In this document: positions 1 to 8,025 of the stretch, piece by piece
How positions within the stretch are numbered: position 1 is the first letter of the stretch
Layout: the number at the start of each line of letters is the position of its first letter
Assembly: GCA_050010675.1 (NCBI GenBank)
Contig: JBEKKN010000003.1
Coordinates: 1,668 to 65,667, forward strand
Direction: 5' to 3'
Source: Verrucomicrobiota bacterium
GTDB taxonomy: Bacteria; Verrucomicrobiota; Verrucomicrobiia; Limisphaerales; UBA11358
DNA length: 64,000 nt
Notes under the pieces: generated by a model
Seen by the model: the letters and a program-made list of their open reading frames with translations, nothing else
Databases searched by the model: none
Told to the model about the DNA's origin: nothing
Translations under genes and position numbers: made by a program

Positions 1-1
1 C

Positions 2-718
2 GCAAATAACGAAACCGGCGTGATCCAGCCCTGGCGCGAGGCGCTGGCCATCTGCCGCCAATACCAGGTGCCGTTCTTTTCCGATTCCGTGCAGTGGCTC
101 GGTAAAATGCCCGCCAAAGGTTTGGGTGAATGTGATTATCTCAGCGGCGCGGCGCACAAATTTGGCGGACCTCGCGGCATTGGCTTCCTGAAGGTCCCGG
201 CCAAAAGCCGCATCACGCCGCTGATTGTCGGCGGCAAACAGGAACACGGCCAGCGGGCGGGAACCGAGAACGTTCCGATCATTCTGGCGATGCTGGCGGC
301 GCTGGAAGCGCGCGAGAAACAACTTGCGCGCAACGAACACATTTTGCGCGGCGTGTGGCGCGAGAATTTTGCGCGGCAGCTTCTGCACAAGCTGCCCGGT
401 GCGGTGATTGTCGGCGCCGGTTCGCCGCGGTTGTGGAACACCGTCTCGGCGCTTGTACCGGAAGGCAGCCAGCTCCGCTGGGTCTCCAAACTCGACAAGG
501 CCGGCTTTGCAGTTTCCACCGGTTCAGCCTGCACCACCGGCAAGGAGGAGCCGTCGCACGTGCTCGCCGCGATGCACTTCAAGGCGGCGGATGCGCACCG
601 CGTGCTGCGGTTCAGCAGCGGCTGGGAAACCACGGAAGCGGATTGGGACGCACTGGCGAATGCCCTGGCGAAAATTCACGAGGAAATGCGCCACGCCAAG
701 GCGCACGCCGAAGCGTGA
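2..718 (+). CDS. Cysteine desulfurase / class-V aminotransferase, C-terminal part (5' end outside window)
   Basis: Frame of ORF 20..718 is open to the window edge. It contains AAHKFGGPRGIGFLKV (PLP-lysine region) and STGSACTTG (active-site Cys loop), both typical of NifS/IscS-type enzymes. Confidence 0.75.
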   Translation, partial: ANNETGVIQPWREALAICRQYQVPFFSDSVQWLGKMPAKGLGECDYLSGAAHKFGGPRGIGFLKVPAKSRITPLIVGGKQEHGQRAGTENVPIILAMLAALEAREKQLARNEHILRGVWRENFARQLLHKLPGAVIVGAGSPRLWNTVSALVPEGSQLRWVSKLDKAGFAVSTGSACTTGKEEPSHVLAAMHFKAADAHRVLRFSSGWETTEADWDALANALAKIHEEMRHAKAHAEA

Positions 719-724
719 TCACTG

Positions 725-1546
725 CTAAGCGCTGTTCAGCATCCTCACTTCGCGCTGCGGGAACGGAATGGAGATGCTGGCCGCGCGGAGCTGTTCCGCA
801 ATGGCCTGATTGATTTCCCCTTGGGCCAAAACGTAATCGCCTACTTTTATCCACGGCCGGATGGCGATGTTGATGGAGGAATCGGCCAGCATGGTCACGC
901 CGACTACGGGTGCGGGTTCCGTGAGCACGCGCGGGTTGGCGGCCAGCACGCGGCGTACGATGGCCGTGGCATCGCTCAGATTCGTCCCATAGGCCACGCC
1001 CACGGAAAGGTCGAGCTGCCGGACGTTGCCGTAGTTGTGCAGGATTTCGCCGACGATTTTCCGGTTGGGAACTACGACCCGCGACTGATCCGTATGCACC
1101 AGCGTGGTCGAGAAGAGCTCGATTTTGGTCACCTGCCCCGACACGCCGGCGATCTCAATCCATTCGCCCACGCGAAACGGTTTGGTGAAGATGATGGTCA
1201 GCCCGGCGACCAGATTTCCGAGCACGCCCTGCAAGGCCAGCCCGACGCCCACGCCGGCCACGCTGACTCCGGCGATCAATGCCGTCACATCCATCCCGGC
1301 CGTCCCGAGCGCAATGACCAGCGCCATCGCAAAAATGAACAACTTCACGACGCGAACGAGGAGCGTCCGCATGGGCTGTTCCATCGCCCGATGCGTCAGC
1401 CACCGATCGATCAGCTTGCCGATCCAGCCGGCAGCAACCAGGCCGATAATGATGACCACGAGCGCCGACAGGAGCGCGCCGCTGTGGCTGATGACGTAAT
1501 CGATCAGTTTGTCCTGCCAGGGAGTCGAGTTTACCGGGGTCGCCAT
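725..1546 (-). CDS. Small-conductance mechanosensitive channel (MscS family)
   Basis: 273-aa ORF with ATG start. N-terminal TM helices are followed by an MscS beta-domain-like sequence (TKPFRVGEWIEIAGVSGQVTKIELFSTTLVHTDQSRVVVPN). Confidence 0.8.
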   Translation of the reverse strand: MATPVNSTPWQDKLIDYVISHSGALLSALVVIIIGLVAAGWIGKLIDRWLTHRAMEQPMRTLLVRVVKLFIFAMALVIALGTAGMDVTALIAGVSVAGVGVGLALQGVLGNLVAGLTIIFTKPFRVGEWIEIAGVSGQVTKIELFSTTLVHTDQSRVVVPNRKIVGEILHNYGNVRQLDLSVGVAYGTNLSDATAIVRRVLAANPRVLTEPAPVVGVTMLADSSINIAIRPWIKVGDYVLAQGEINQAIAEQLRAASISIPFPQREVRMLNSA

Positions 1547-1616
1547 GGTATTTTATAGGTCGCCTTAAATTGACGGCATTGGTTAAATGAATTTGCCACA
1601 TCACGTCAACATCTGA

Positions 1617-2561
1617 ATGATTGACGCCGGTGCATTTTTTGCCAGATTCCTATCAAGCATGACTGTCAGAACCCGCAACCGGCTGATCACCTTTTCCATT
1701 CTGGCGGGTCCGTTTGTCTTTTTTGTCTGCCTCCTGCTTTTCTGGGACGCCGAGCCGCTGCCGCCTGTCCTGCCGCTGCCCCATCCCAACGGGTATGAGG
1801 ATTTGGTGAAGGCGGGCCATATGCTGGCGAACGACACCGGTGATTTCAACGAGACGAACGCAGCGCAGGTGCGGAAAATAGTCTCGGCAAATGCCGCCGC
1901 TGTGGCGCTGGCACGTGAAGCCTTAAGCAATCAATGCCGCGTTCCAGTTCAATTCTCGGAATCTTTCAATAGCAATCACGTCGGCGACCTGGCACCACTT
2001 AAATTATTGGCGTGGAGTTTCATCGCCGAAGGCCGGTTGGCGGAGATGGAGAATCGCCCGGCGGACGCAGCCAAGTCCTACCTTGATGCTATCCATCTGG
2101 CGAATGAATCGGTGCGCGGGGGATTGCTGATTGACGGACTGGTCGGCATTGCGATTGAAGCCATCGGGATGAGTCATCTGCAGAAATTGCTTCCGCATCT
2201 CAATGCCAATTCCAGCCGGGATGCTGCCACTGCACTGGAAACATTGGATTCCCAAAGACAAACTTGGGACGAAGTCATGCAGCAGGAAAACTCCTGGTCA
2301 CATGCATCATTTCGTGGTTGGCGCTACGAGTTGATGCGGTGGAAGGATCGGAAGTCCATGACAGCCATGTTTACCAAGATCAGACAAAAATTCTACGCGC
2401 AAGCGCAAAGGACGCGTCAATTGACCCTCGACCTTGCTGCACGCGCCTACGAACTGGACAAGGGCCATCCGCCAGCAAACCTCACCGACCTGGTGCCGGA
2501 TTATCTCAAAGCCGTTCCGCAGGACCCGTTCACAGGCGCGAACATGATTTATTCTCCGTAA
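1617..2561 (+). CDS. Hypothetical membrane-anchored protein
   Basis: 314-aa ORF with ATG start and one N-terminal TM segment (LITFSILAGPFVFFVCLLLFW). GC-rich third codon positions match the neighbours. No family recognised. Confidence 0.5.
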   Translation: MIDAGAFFARFLSSMTVRTRNRLITFSILAGPFVFFVCLLLFWDAEPLPPVLPLPHPNGYEDLVKAGHMLANDTGDFNETNAAQVRKIVSANAAAVALAREALSNQCRVPVQFSESFNSNHVGDLAPLKLLAWSFIAEGRLAEMENRPADAAKSYLDAIHLANESVRGGLLIDGLVGIAIEAIGMSHLQKLLPHLNANSSRDAATALETLDSQRQTWDEVMQQENSWSHASFRGWRYELMRWKDRKSMTAMFTKIRQKFYAQAQRTRQLTLDLAARAYELDKGHPPANLTDLVPDYLKAVPQDPFTGANMIYSP

Positions 2562-2573
2562 TGATACGGTGGC

Positions 2574-2613
2574 ACCCGCCTCCGGCGGGTTCAATTCGGC
2601 GTCCCGCCGAATT
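2574..2613. terminator. Two adjacent GC-rich hairpins after the stop of 1617..2561
   Basis: ACCCGCC-tcc-GGCGGGT (2574-2590) and AATTCGGCG-tcc-CGCCGAATT (2593-2613), in a convergent spacer. No U-tract, so terminator function is inferred only. Confidence 0.3.
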
Positions 2614-2674
2614 GCGGCGGTGAGCGCTCGACCGGTCCAAGCCGCACTAAAACCGGTGAGTCCCGTTTCCAAAG

Positions 2675-2715
2675 GTTTCAGGCGCGACGCCCGAAACGAC
2701 CCGCGAGACGCGGGT
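2675..2715. terminator. Two GC-rich hairpins directly after the queD stop
   Basis: GTTTCAGGCG-cga-CGCCCGAAAC (2675-2697, one mismatch) and ACCCGCG-aga-CGCGGGT (2699-2715). The second ends 1 nt from the queD stop codon at 2717-2719. Confidence 0.3.
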
Positions 2716-2716
2716 G

Positions 2717-3076
2717 CTACCCACGATAAACCGCGCGGGCCGTGCAGGTTTCGGCCACGACGATTTCCGTAAGCAACGGGAGTTTTGGCTTCAATTTCTT
2801 CCAAATCCAAACTGCGATTTCCTCGCTCGTGGGATTTTTGAGGCCGTGTATTTCGTTCAGGTAACGGTGGTCCAGCTTTTCCCAAACCGGCTTGAAGGCT
2901 GCGGTGATGTCGGCGTAATCCATCAGCCAGCCGAGCTTCGCGTCACATTCACCGGCGACAACGATGTCCACTTTGAAGCTGTGCCCGTGCAATCGCCGGC
3001 ACTTGTGGGATTTCGGCAGGCGCGGCAGCAGATGCGCCGCCTCAAACTGAAACGTTTTTCGTAATTCCATTTTCAT
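2717..3076 (-). CDS. queD: 6-carboxy-5,6,7,8-tetrahydropterin synthase
   Basis: About 120 aa containing FEAAHLLP, KCRRLHGHSFKV and LDHRYLNE, typical of QueD/PTPS. Start placed at ATG 3076; the longer ORF to 3109 would translate a tandem repeat. Confidence 0.85.
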   Translation of the reverse strand: MKMELRKTFQFEAAHLLPRLPKSHKCRRLHGHSFKVDIVVAGECDAKLGWLMDYADITAAFKPVWEKLDHRYLNEIHGLKNPTSEEIAVWIWKKLKPKLPLLTEIVVAETCTARAVYRG

Positions 3077-3083
3077 AATTTTC

Positions 3084-3222
3084 AACCACGGATGAACACG
3101 GATAAACACGGATACTAAAAATAAATCGCATACAGCCAGAGACCCCTTTCCCCGCGCCGCACGGGCCGAGGGCAGTGAAAGGCACTTTTCCTATCGGTGT
3201 CCATCTGTGTTTATCCGTGGTT
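3084..3222. repeat. Inverted arrays of three RAACACGGAT-type decamers flanking a 79-bp core (fills the luxC-like to queD spacer)
   Basis: Left arm 3084-3113: aaccacggat gaacacggat aaacacggat. Right arm 3193-3222: atcggtgtcc atctgtgttt atccgtggtt, the imperfect reverse complement. Confidence 0.8.
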
Positions 3223-3224
3223 AA

Positions 3225-4583
3225 TTACATTTCCCAATCCGTCCACGTCACCAAATCGCCCAGTGCCGGCCGGCCGTCGTGCCGCCAGGTCAGCGGCGGA
3301 TTTTGCATCTGGCCAAGCGGACAGACCCGCGTCACGCCCCACCGCGCCAGTTGCCGTGCCAGTTCTTCCGCCTGCTCCGGTGCGGCGATGCCGACCGCCG
3401 AAACCTTTCCACGCACGACCTCGGCGTTTTGCAGCAGCTCGGTCAAATCCTTCACCGGTTTTACGTAAATGAACCGGTTCAGGCACGAGGTTTGAAAACG
3501 CGCGTCCGCTTCAAAAACTACCGTCCACGCCGTGGACTCCTTGCTGTGCCACATCAGTGTTTCGGGTGAATGCGCCGCCCGCACCTCGTAAATGCCCCGG
3601 CGCGACGCGATGGTCGCCGCGTGCGGCGCCGGCAATTCGCCGCGCGGCTCGGTCTGTTCACGCCGTTCCAATTCGTCCGCCAGCAACTCCGCGAATCTTT
3701 CGGCCGAAGCGTCACCGCCCGATTGAACGTAAATCACGTGCGGCGACAGGCAGCCAAGCTGGTTCCACGCCACCACGTCATCCGTCACGCGCGCGGCGAC
3801 TCGCGGCGCGCCGGCATGGGATAAAACCTCCTTGGCGACAAAACCAAAGCTCACGCGATGGCCGTAACCAAGAAAGCGCCTGGGTGCCGGCAACCGCGAG
3901 CGGATGACTGCCAGCGCTTCATCGCTGCCGGTCGCCGTGACACAATCGGCTTCGGCAAACAGGATGTCCTCCAGATCCGCGTTTCCGCCACGCCATTGGG
4001 CCAATTCCAGGCAGGCGCCCAGCTTGGGATCCGCCTCGTAGAGCGAGTGCGCGAACAGGCGCGGCAGAAATGCCGAACCGCTCGCACATTTCACGAATTG
4101 CGCCGAGCGCACCAGCAAACCGAGCACGATGCCTGTCAACGTCGGATTGGGAATGTTGCCGGCGGCGATGTGAACGAGGAACTCCGGCCCAACGACCGTC
4201 GCCGCGCGCGACGATTTTTGTTCCACGTCAGTCGCGGTCATGACGTCCAACCGGCGGGTGCTGCCGAATTCCTGAACCAGCAACGCGTGCAAATGGTCCC
4301 GGGTGATTTGCCGGAAGAAGTCATCCAGACCGCGTTTCAGCGTTGCCATGGAAAAACCGGTTTCGGTCGGGCCGAGTTCCAGCGCCAGCTGCCGAAACGT
4401 GTTGTCGGGTTTCAGCCAGCTTTCCGCCACGTCACTCAACACGTTCACAATTTGTTCCGTCGAACGCCCGACCAGGTACCGCTCACGGTTGCGCTTCAGC
4501 GTCTGACACGCCTCCGCCAGCATGACCGGCGACAGGGTGGCTTCCGGCGGCAGATCGACGAGAAAATAGTTTGGCAGATTCAT
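3225..4583 (-). CDS. LuxC-like acyl-CoA (acyl-protein) reductase
   Basis: 452 aa. Aldehyde-dehydrogenase-like catalytic Cys context WNQLGCLSPHVIYV. Length and overall layout resemble the LuxC family by eye. Lies immediately downstream of a LuxE-like gene. Confidence 0.7.
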   Translation of the reverse strand: MNLPNYFLVDLPPEATLSPVMLAEACQTLKRNRERYLVGRSTEQIVNVLSDVAESWLKPDNTFRQLALELGPTETGFSMATLKRGLDDFFRQITRDHLHALLVQEFGSTRRLDVMTATDVEQKSSRAATVVGPEFLVHIAAGNIPNPTLTGIVLGLLVRSAQFVKCASGSAFLPRLFAHSLYEADPKLGACLELAQWRGGNADLEDILFAEADCVTATGSDEALAVIRSRLPAPRRFLGYGHRVSFGFVAKEVLSHAGAPRVAARVTDDVVAWNQLGCLSPHVIYVQSGGDASAERFAELLADELERREQTEPRGELPAPHAATIASRRGIYEVRAAHSPETLMWHSKESTAWTVVFEADARFQTSCLNRFIYVKPVKDLTELLQNAEVVRGKVSAVGIAAPEQAEELARQLARWGVTRVCPLGQMQNPPLTWRHDGRPALGDLVTWTDWEM

Positions 4584-4585
4584 CA

Positions 4586-4613
4586 GATTTACGATTTACG
4601 ATTTGCGATTTAC
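4586..4613. repeat. Four tandem heptamers GATTTAC/GATTTGC (GTAAATC on the minus/sense strand)
   Basis: gatttac gatttac gatttgc gatttac. The array contains the LuxE-like stop codon (4610-4612) and ends 2 nt before the luxC-like ATG (4583). Confidence 0.9.
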
Positions 4614-5935
4614 GCACTCATCAATGAACAGCCGCGCAGCTCAGCCATCCGGGCGCGACCCATTAATTCAAATCCGCCCTCCCGGCGAACACCCAAATCC
4701 TCCGTTTGAACAGCCATCACGGAAGAGACATTCGCCAGATCCAAAACCCGGATCAATCCCGTTTCGCCGTCCGCCACCTCACGTCCAGTCTCCGGTGAAA
4801 TTATTTGCACCCGGGCCCAGGGGGGAAAATGGAAGTGACAGGTGACCGGTGACAGGTGACACGATGAGGCGGCTTCTCCTGACACTTGCCACGTGTCACC
4901 TGTCACGCCATAAGCTTGCGAACCCAACTCGCTCATGCCGTATTCGCACACGATATTTTCGGGCTGAACGCCGAGCCGCTCCGTGATGAGCGCGTGCAAC
5001 TCCTCCTTTGGCATCGCGCGGGAACGGTTTTTGTAACCGCCGGTCTCCATCACGTGCGAACCGACCGGCAGTTGGACACGCAAATTGTTTTCCACCAGAA
5101 AATCCAGCAGATGCACGAATGAAAAGGCCGTACCAAGCAGGAGACGGGGTCTGGGGTCAGGGGTCCCGGATCCGGGAGACAAAGCGGCGAGCACGGCGTC
5201 AAAATCGAGTTCCCAGGAACCGTCGGCGGCAATTTTGCCAAGAAATTCGGCCCGGCTCGCGGGGACGCTCGCCCCATCCATTTTTTGCCGCACGGTTTCA
5301 AACATGTGGACGAGCGACGAATGCGGCGCCTGCTCCCGGGGCGGCGTAAGGCAAAGCAATCGTAAATCGCAAATCGTAAATCGCAAACCCGGCAGGACGC
5401 TGGCGAGAAACCACGACCACAATGAAGTCTCGTAGAGTTCCAATGAAGCGGGACAATGGAAATGGCGGCTTGGCTCTTGCCCGGTCGTGCCGCTGGAATG
5501 GAAAACGGCGGTGCGTTCCGGTGGCGGCAGGCAGGTCAGTTCCAGTTCCTTGAACGCGGCGGTTGGCACGGCGGGAATTTGCGTCCAGTGCTCGACCGTC
5601 CGTGGTGTACGGCCCCGCGCCTCGCAGATTTTTTGATAGGCAATGTTATGTTCGAATTGGAGCGCGAAAAGCTTGAGTGCCAGCGTGTCAAATGTCAGTT
5701 CCGGGTAGGGGCGGCGCGCTGCGCCGACCGGACGCCGCAGCGCGGCGTCCCTACCTTGAATGGCCTCGCGCAGGCGGGCGGCAAAACTGGAAAGTTCTTT
5801 ATGCACGCGGTTTTTGGTTGTCGGCTGGTTTTCCGCCACAGCCGAAGCGCAGGATAGCACGAAAGGCAACCGCAGCAAGTGTGATTGATGCGGGACTTGC
5901 GCCACAGGATTGCCAAGGCCGCTTTTGTCCGTCAC
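4610..5935 (-). CDS. LuxE-like acyl-protein synthetase (adenylate-forming), start uncertain
   Basis: Contains HSSGTTG, METGGYK, YGMSELGSQ and PPWARVQIISPETG blocks, as in LuxE/ANL-type enzymes. There is no in-frame ATG in the N-terminal ~200 codons; GTG candidates lie at 5935 and 5806. The ORF contains three repeat elements in frame. Confidence 0.7.
   Translation of the reverse strand: MTDKSGLGNPVAQVPHQSHLLRLPFVLSCASAVAENQPTTKNRVHKELSSFAARLREAIQGRDAALRRPVGAARRPYPELTFDTLALKLFALQFEHNIAYQKICEARGRTPRTVEHWTQIPAVPTAAFKELELTCLPPPERTAVFHSSGTTGQEPSRHFHCPASLELYETSLWSWFLASVLPGLRFTICDLRLLCLTPPREQAPHSSLVHMFETVRQKMDGASVPASRAEFLGKIAADGSWELDFDAVLAALSPGSGTPDPRPRLLLGTAFSFVHLLDFLVENNLRVQLPVGSHVMETGGYKNRSRAMPKEELHALITERLGVQPENIVCEYGMSELGSQAYGVTGDTWQVSGEAASSCHLSPVTCHFHFPPWARVQIISPETGREVADGETGLIRVLDLANVSSVMAVQTEDLGVRREGGFELMGRARMAELRGCSLMSA
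4835..4906. repeat. 72-nt hairpin element: 4 GTGACAG-type heptamers, 16-nt spacer, 4 inverted CTGTCAC-type heptamers (inside the LuxE-like CDS)
   Basis: gtgacag gtgaccg gtgacag gtgacac (4835-4862) and ctgacac ttgccac gtgtcac ctgtcac (4879-4906). The element is exactly 24 codons. Confidence 0.9.
5355..5389. repeat. Five NNAAATC heptamers inside the LuxE-like CDS (inverted relative to the 4586-4613 array)
   Basis: agcaatc gtaaatc gcaaatc gtaaatc gcaaacc on the plus strand. Translated on the minus strand as RFTICDLRLL. Confidence 0.85.
5704..5755. repeat. 52-nt GC-rich double-hairpin REP-like element (GGTAGGG...CCCTACC family), inside the LuxE-like ORF
   Basis: ggtaggggcggcgcgctgcgccgaccggacgccgcagcgcggcgtccctacc. 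It is the near-identical reverse complement of 53690-53741. Confidence 0.85.
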
Positions 5936-5947
5936 ACTGGTGGTTCA

Positions 5948-7513
5948 ATGAACAAACGGTTTTTTATCACGACCGCGATCGATTACGTGAACGGCCAGCC
6001 GCACCTCGGCCACGCCTACGAAAAGATCGTTGCCGACGTGATCGCGCGGTCGCGGCGCAGTCTGGGTCAGGAGGTTTTTTTCCTGACCGGTCTCGACGAG
6101 CACGGCCAGAAGGTCCAGCAGGCCGCCATTGCCGAAGGCAAGACGCCGCAGGCTTATTGCGACCAACTGGCGGCGGACTGGAAGGCGTTTGCGAAAAAAC
6201 TGGAACTGACCAACGATGATTTTGTCCGCACCACCGAGCCGCGCCACAAGGAATTTGTCCAGGCGATTCTGGCCAGACTTCACGCCGCCGGACAATTTTA
6301 CAAGGAAACTTACAAGGGCTTTTACTCGACGAAAGAGGAGACGTTTTTGACCGACAAGGACCGCCTGCCTGATGGCACGTTTGATCCGGCGTACGGTGAA
6401 GTCATTGAACTCGAGGAAAGCAACTACTGGTTCAAGCTGCGGGCGCAGCAGCAGTGGTTGATTGATTACCTCGAAGCGAACCCCACGTTTGTGCAGCCCG
6501 ACTACCGCCGCAACGAGGTGCTCGGCTTTCTCAAGAACAGCACTTTGGAAGATCTCTGCATCACGCGTCCGGCGGCGCGGTTGAACTGGGGCATTCCCCT
6601 GCCTTTCGACAAGGATTTTGTCACCTACGTCTGGTTCGACGCCCTGGTCAATTACATCAGCATCCCTGCCGCCCACGGCGATGCCACCGTTCTGGCCGCA
6701 TCGAACTCCGAACTCCGAACTCCGAACTCCGAGTTTGAATTGTGGCCCGCCGACATCCATGTCATCGGCAAGGACATCTTGAAATTTCACGCCGTGTTCT
6801 GGCCGATCATGCTCAAGGCGATGGGCCTGCCGCTGCCGAAACAAATTCTGGTCCACGGCTGGTGGCAGAAGGAAGGCGCGAAGATCAGCAAGAGCACCGG
6901 CAACATCGTTGACCCCATCGCGGTCATCGACGAATGGGGCCTGGACGCCTTTCGTTTTTACGTCCTGCGCGAGCTGGACATCGGACCGGACGGCAACTGG
7001 ACCGACGCCGGATTCAGAGCGCGATACCAGGCCGAGCTCGCCAACGGGCTGGGCAATCTGGTGAACCGCTCGCTCTCCATGCTCAAACGTTATCGCAACG
7101 GCGTCGTGCCGGCCAAACACGATGAACTGGCCGCCGCGGCCGCCAAGGCGGCGGATGAGACCCACGCGTTGTTGAAACTGAACCAGCTACAAGCCGCACT
7201 CCAAAGCATCTGGGGGCTGGTTACCCGCGCGAACCAATACGTGGACCAGACCAGGCCGTTCAGCCTGGCCAAGGATCCAGCCCAAGCCAAACGGCTTGAC
7301 GAGGTGCTCTATAATCTCGTGGAAACGTGCCGGGTACTCGCGGTATTGTTATGGCCGTTTCTGCCCGACACGGCCACGAAGATTTACGCGCAACTCGGTT
7401 TGACCGGTACACCGGACAAATTCTCCGAAGCCACGTGGGGCGGATTGCCACCCGGCCACCCAATCGGCGAACCGGCACCGCTCTTTCCGCGTAAAGACAG
7501 CCCGCAACCTTGA
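5948..7513 (+). CDS. metG: Methionine--tRNA ligase
   Basis: HIGH-type motif GQPHLGHAYEKI, KMSKS-type motif AKISKSTGN, and WPADIHVIGKDILKFH. Start placed at ATG 5948 (MNKRFFITTAIDY). Confidence 0.95.
   Translation: MNKRFFITTAIDYVNGQPHLGHAYEKIVADVIARSRRSLGQEVFFLTGLDEHGQKVQQAAIAEGKTPQAYCDQLAADWKAFAKKLELTNDDFVRTTEPRHKEFVQAILARLHAAGQFYKETYKGFYSTKEETFLTDKDRLPDGTFDPAYGEVIELEESNYWFKLRAQQQWLIDYLEANPTFVQPDYRRNEVLGFLKNSTLEDLCITRPAARLNWGIPLPFDKDFVTYVWFDALVNYISIPAAHGDATVLAASNSELRTPNSEFELWPADIHVIGKDILKFHAVFWPIMLKAMGLPLPKQILVHGWWQKEGAKISKSTGNIVDPIAVIDEWGLDAFRFYVLRELDIGPDGNWTDAGFRARYQAELANGLGNLVNRSLSMLKRYRNGVVPAKHDELAAAAAKAADETHALLKLNQLQAALQSIWGLVTRANQYVDQTRPFSLAKDPAQAKRLDEVLYNLVETCRVLAVLLWPFLPDTATKIYAQLGLTGTPDKFSEATWGGLPPGHPIGEPAPLFPRKDSPQP
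6703..6730. repeat. Four perfect tandem GAACTCC heptamers inside metG
   Basis: gaactcc x4, followed by gagtttg. Translated in frame as SNSELRTPNSEFE. Confidence 0.95.
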
Positions 7514-7576
7514 ATTTACCAGCCGGCACCAGCTGCAAGATTCAAATGAAAACCGGTGCACCACAAGAAACTGAAT

Positions 7577-7957
7577 ATGAAAAATAAAATCGCCACCCGG
7601 TTCCTGCCGATCGCGCTCGGAGGAATTGCCTTGCTGATTTCGGGCTGCGCCTCCACCGGGCCACTGACCACGCAACAGGCCAATTATCCGGCCGACAAGG
7701 TGGATGCCCGCGGGTTGTTTGAAGAAAATTGCGTTGTCTGCCACGGCCAGAACGGGCGCGCCCGGAACTTCCATGGCTGGCTCGTCGGGGCGCAGAATCT
7801 CACCGACGCAACATGGCAGGCCGATACCACGGACGGGGAGATTCTCCATGCGATCAAAACCGGGCCGAGCGTGATGCCGGCTTTTGAAAAGAAATTATCC
7901 CCGTCGGAGATTGAAGCCCTGGCCGGATACGTGCGTTCCTTCAAACCGGCGCATTAA
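7577..7957 (+). CDS. Class I c-type cytochrome lipoprotein
   Basis: Signal peptide with lipobox LLISGC, heme motif CVVCHG, and a distal Met candidate in GPSVMPAF. Confidence 0.75.
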   Translation: MKNKIATRFLPIALGGIALLISGCASTGPLTTQQANYPADKVDARGLFEENCVVCHGQNGRARNFHGWLVGAQNLTDATWQADTTDGEILHAIKTGPSVMPAFEKKLSPSEIEALAGYVRSFKPAH

Positions 7958-8025
7958 GAGCTAGAGCGGAAATCAGACCACCGTACGTAGTTGGCAGGTG
8001 ACGCCGCTTTGATTAAGTTAGATTT

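Noticed and set aside
2584-2613. tRNA-like GGTTCAATTC sequence
   Set aside because: The flanks do not form a T-stem and there are no acceptor, D or anticodon arms. It is explained by two simple hairpins.
4614-5354. Invertible DNA segment bounded by the inverted NNAAATC arrays
   Set aside because: No recombinase or invertase gene is nearby. The segment is the catalytic C-terminal part of one ORF with no alternative promoter or coding logic on the other strand. I retained it only as a low-priority check.
5945-7165. 406-aa ORF antisense to metG
   Set aside because: It lies entirely opposite a gene with unambiguous MetRS motifs. Its composition is Arg/Gly/Val/Asp-rich with no recognisable domain. 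This is the typical shadow ORF of GC-rich DNA.
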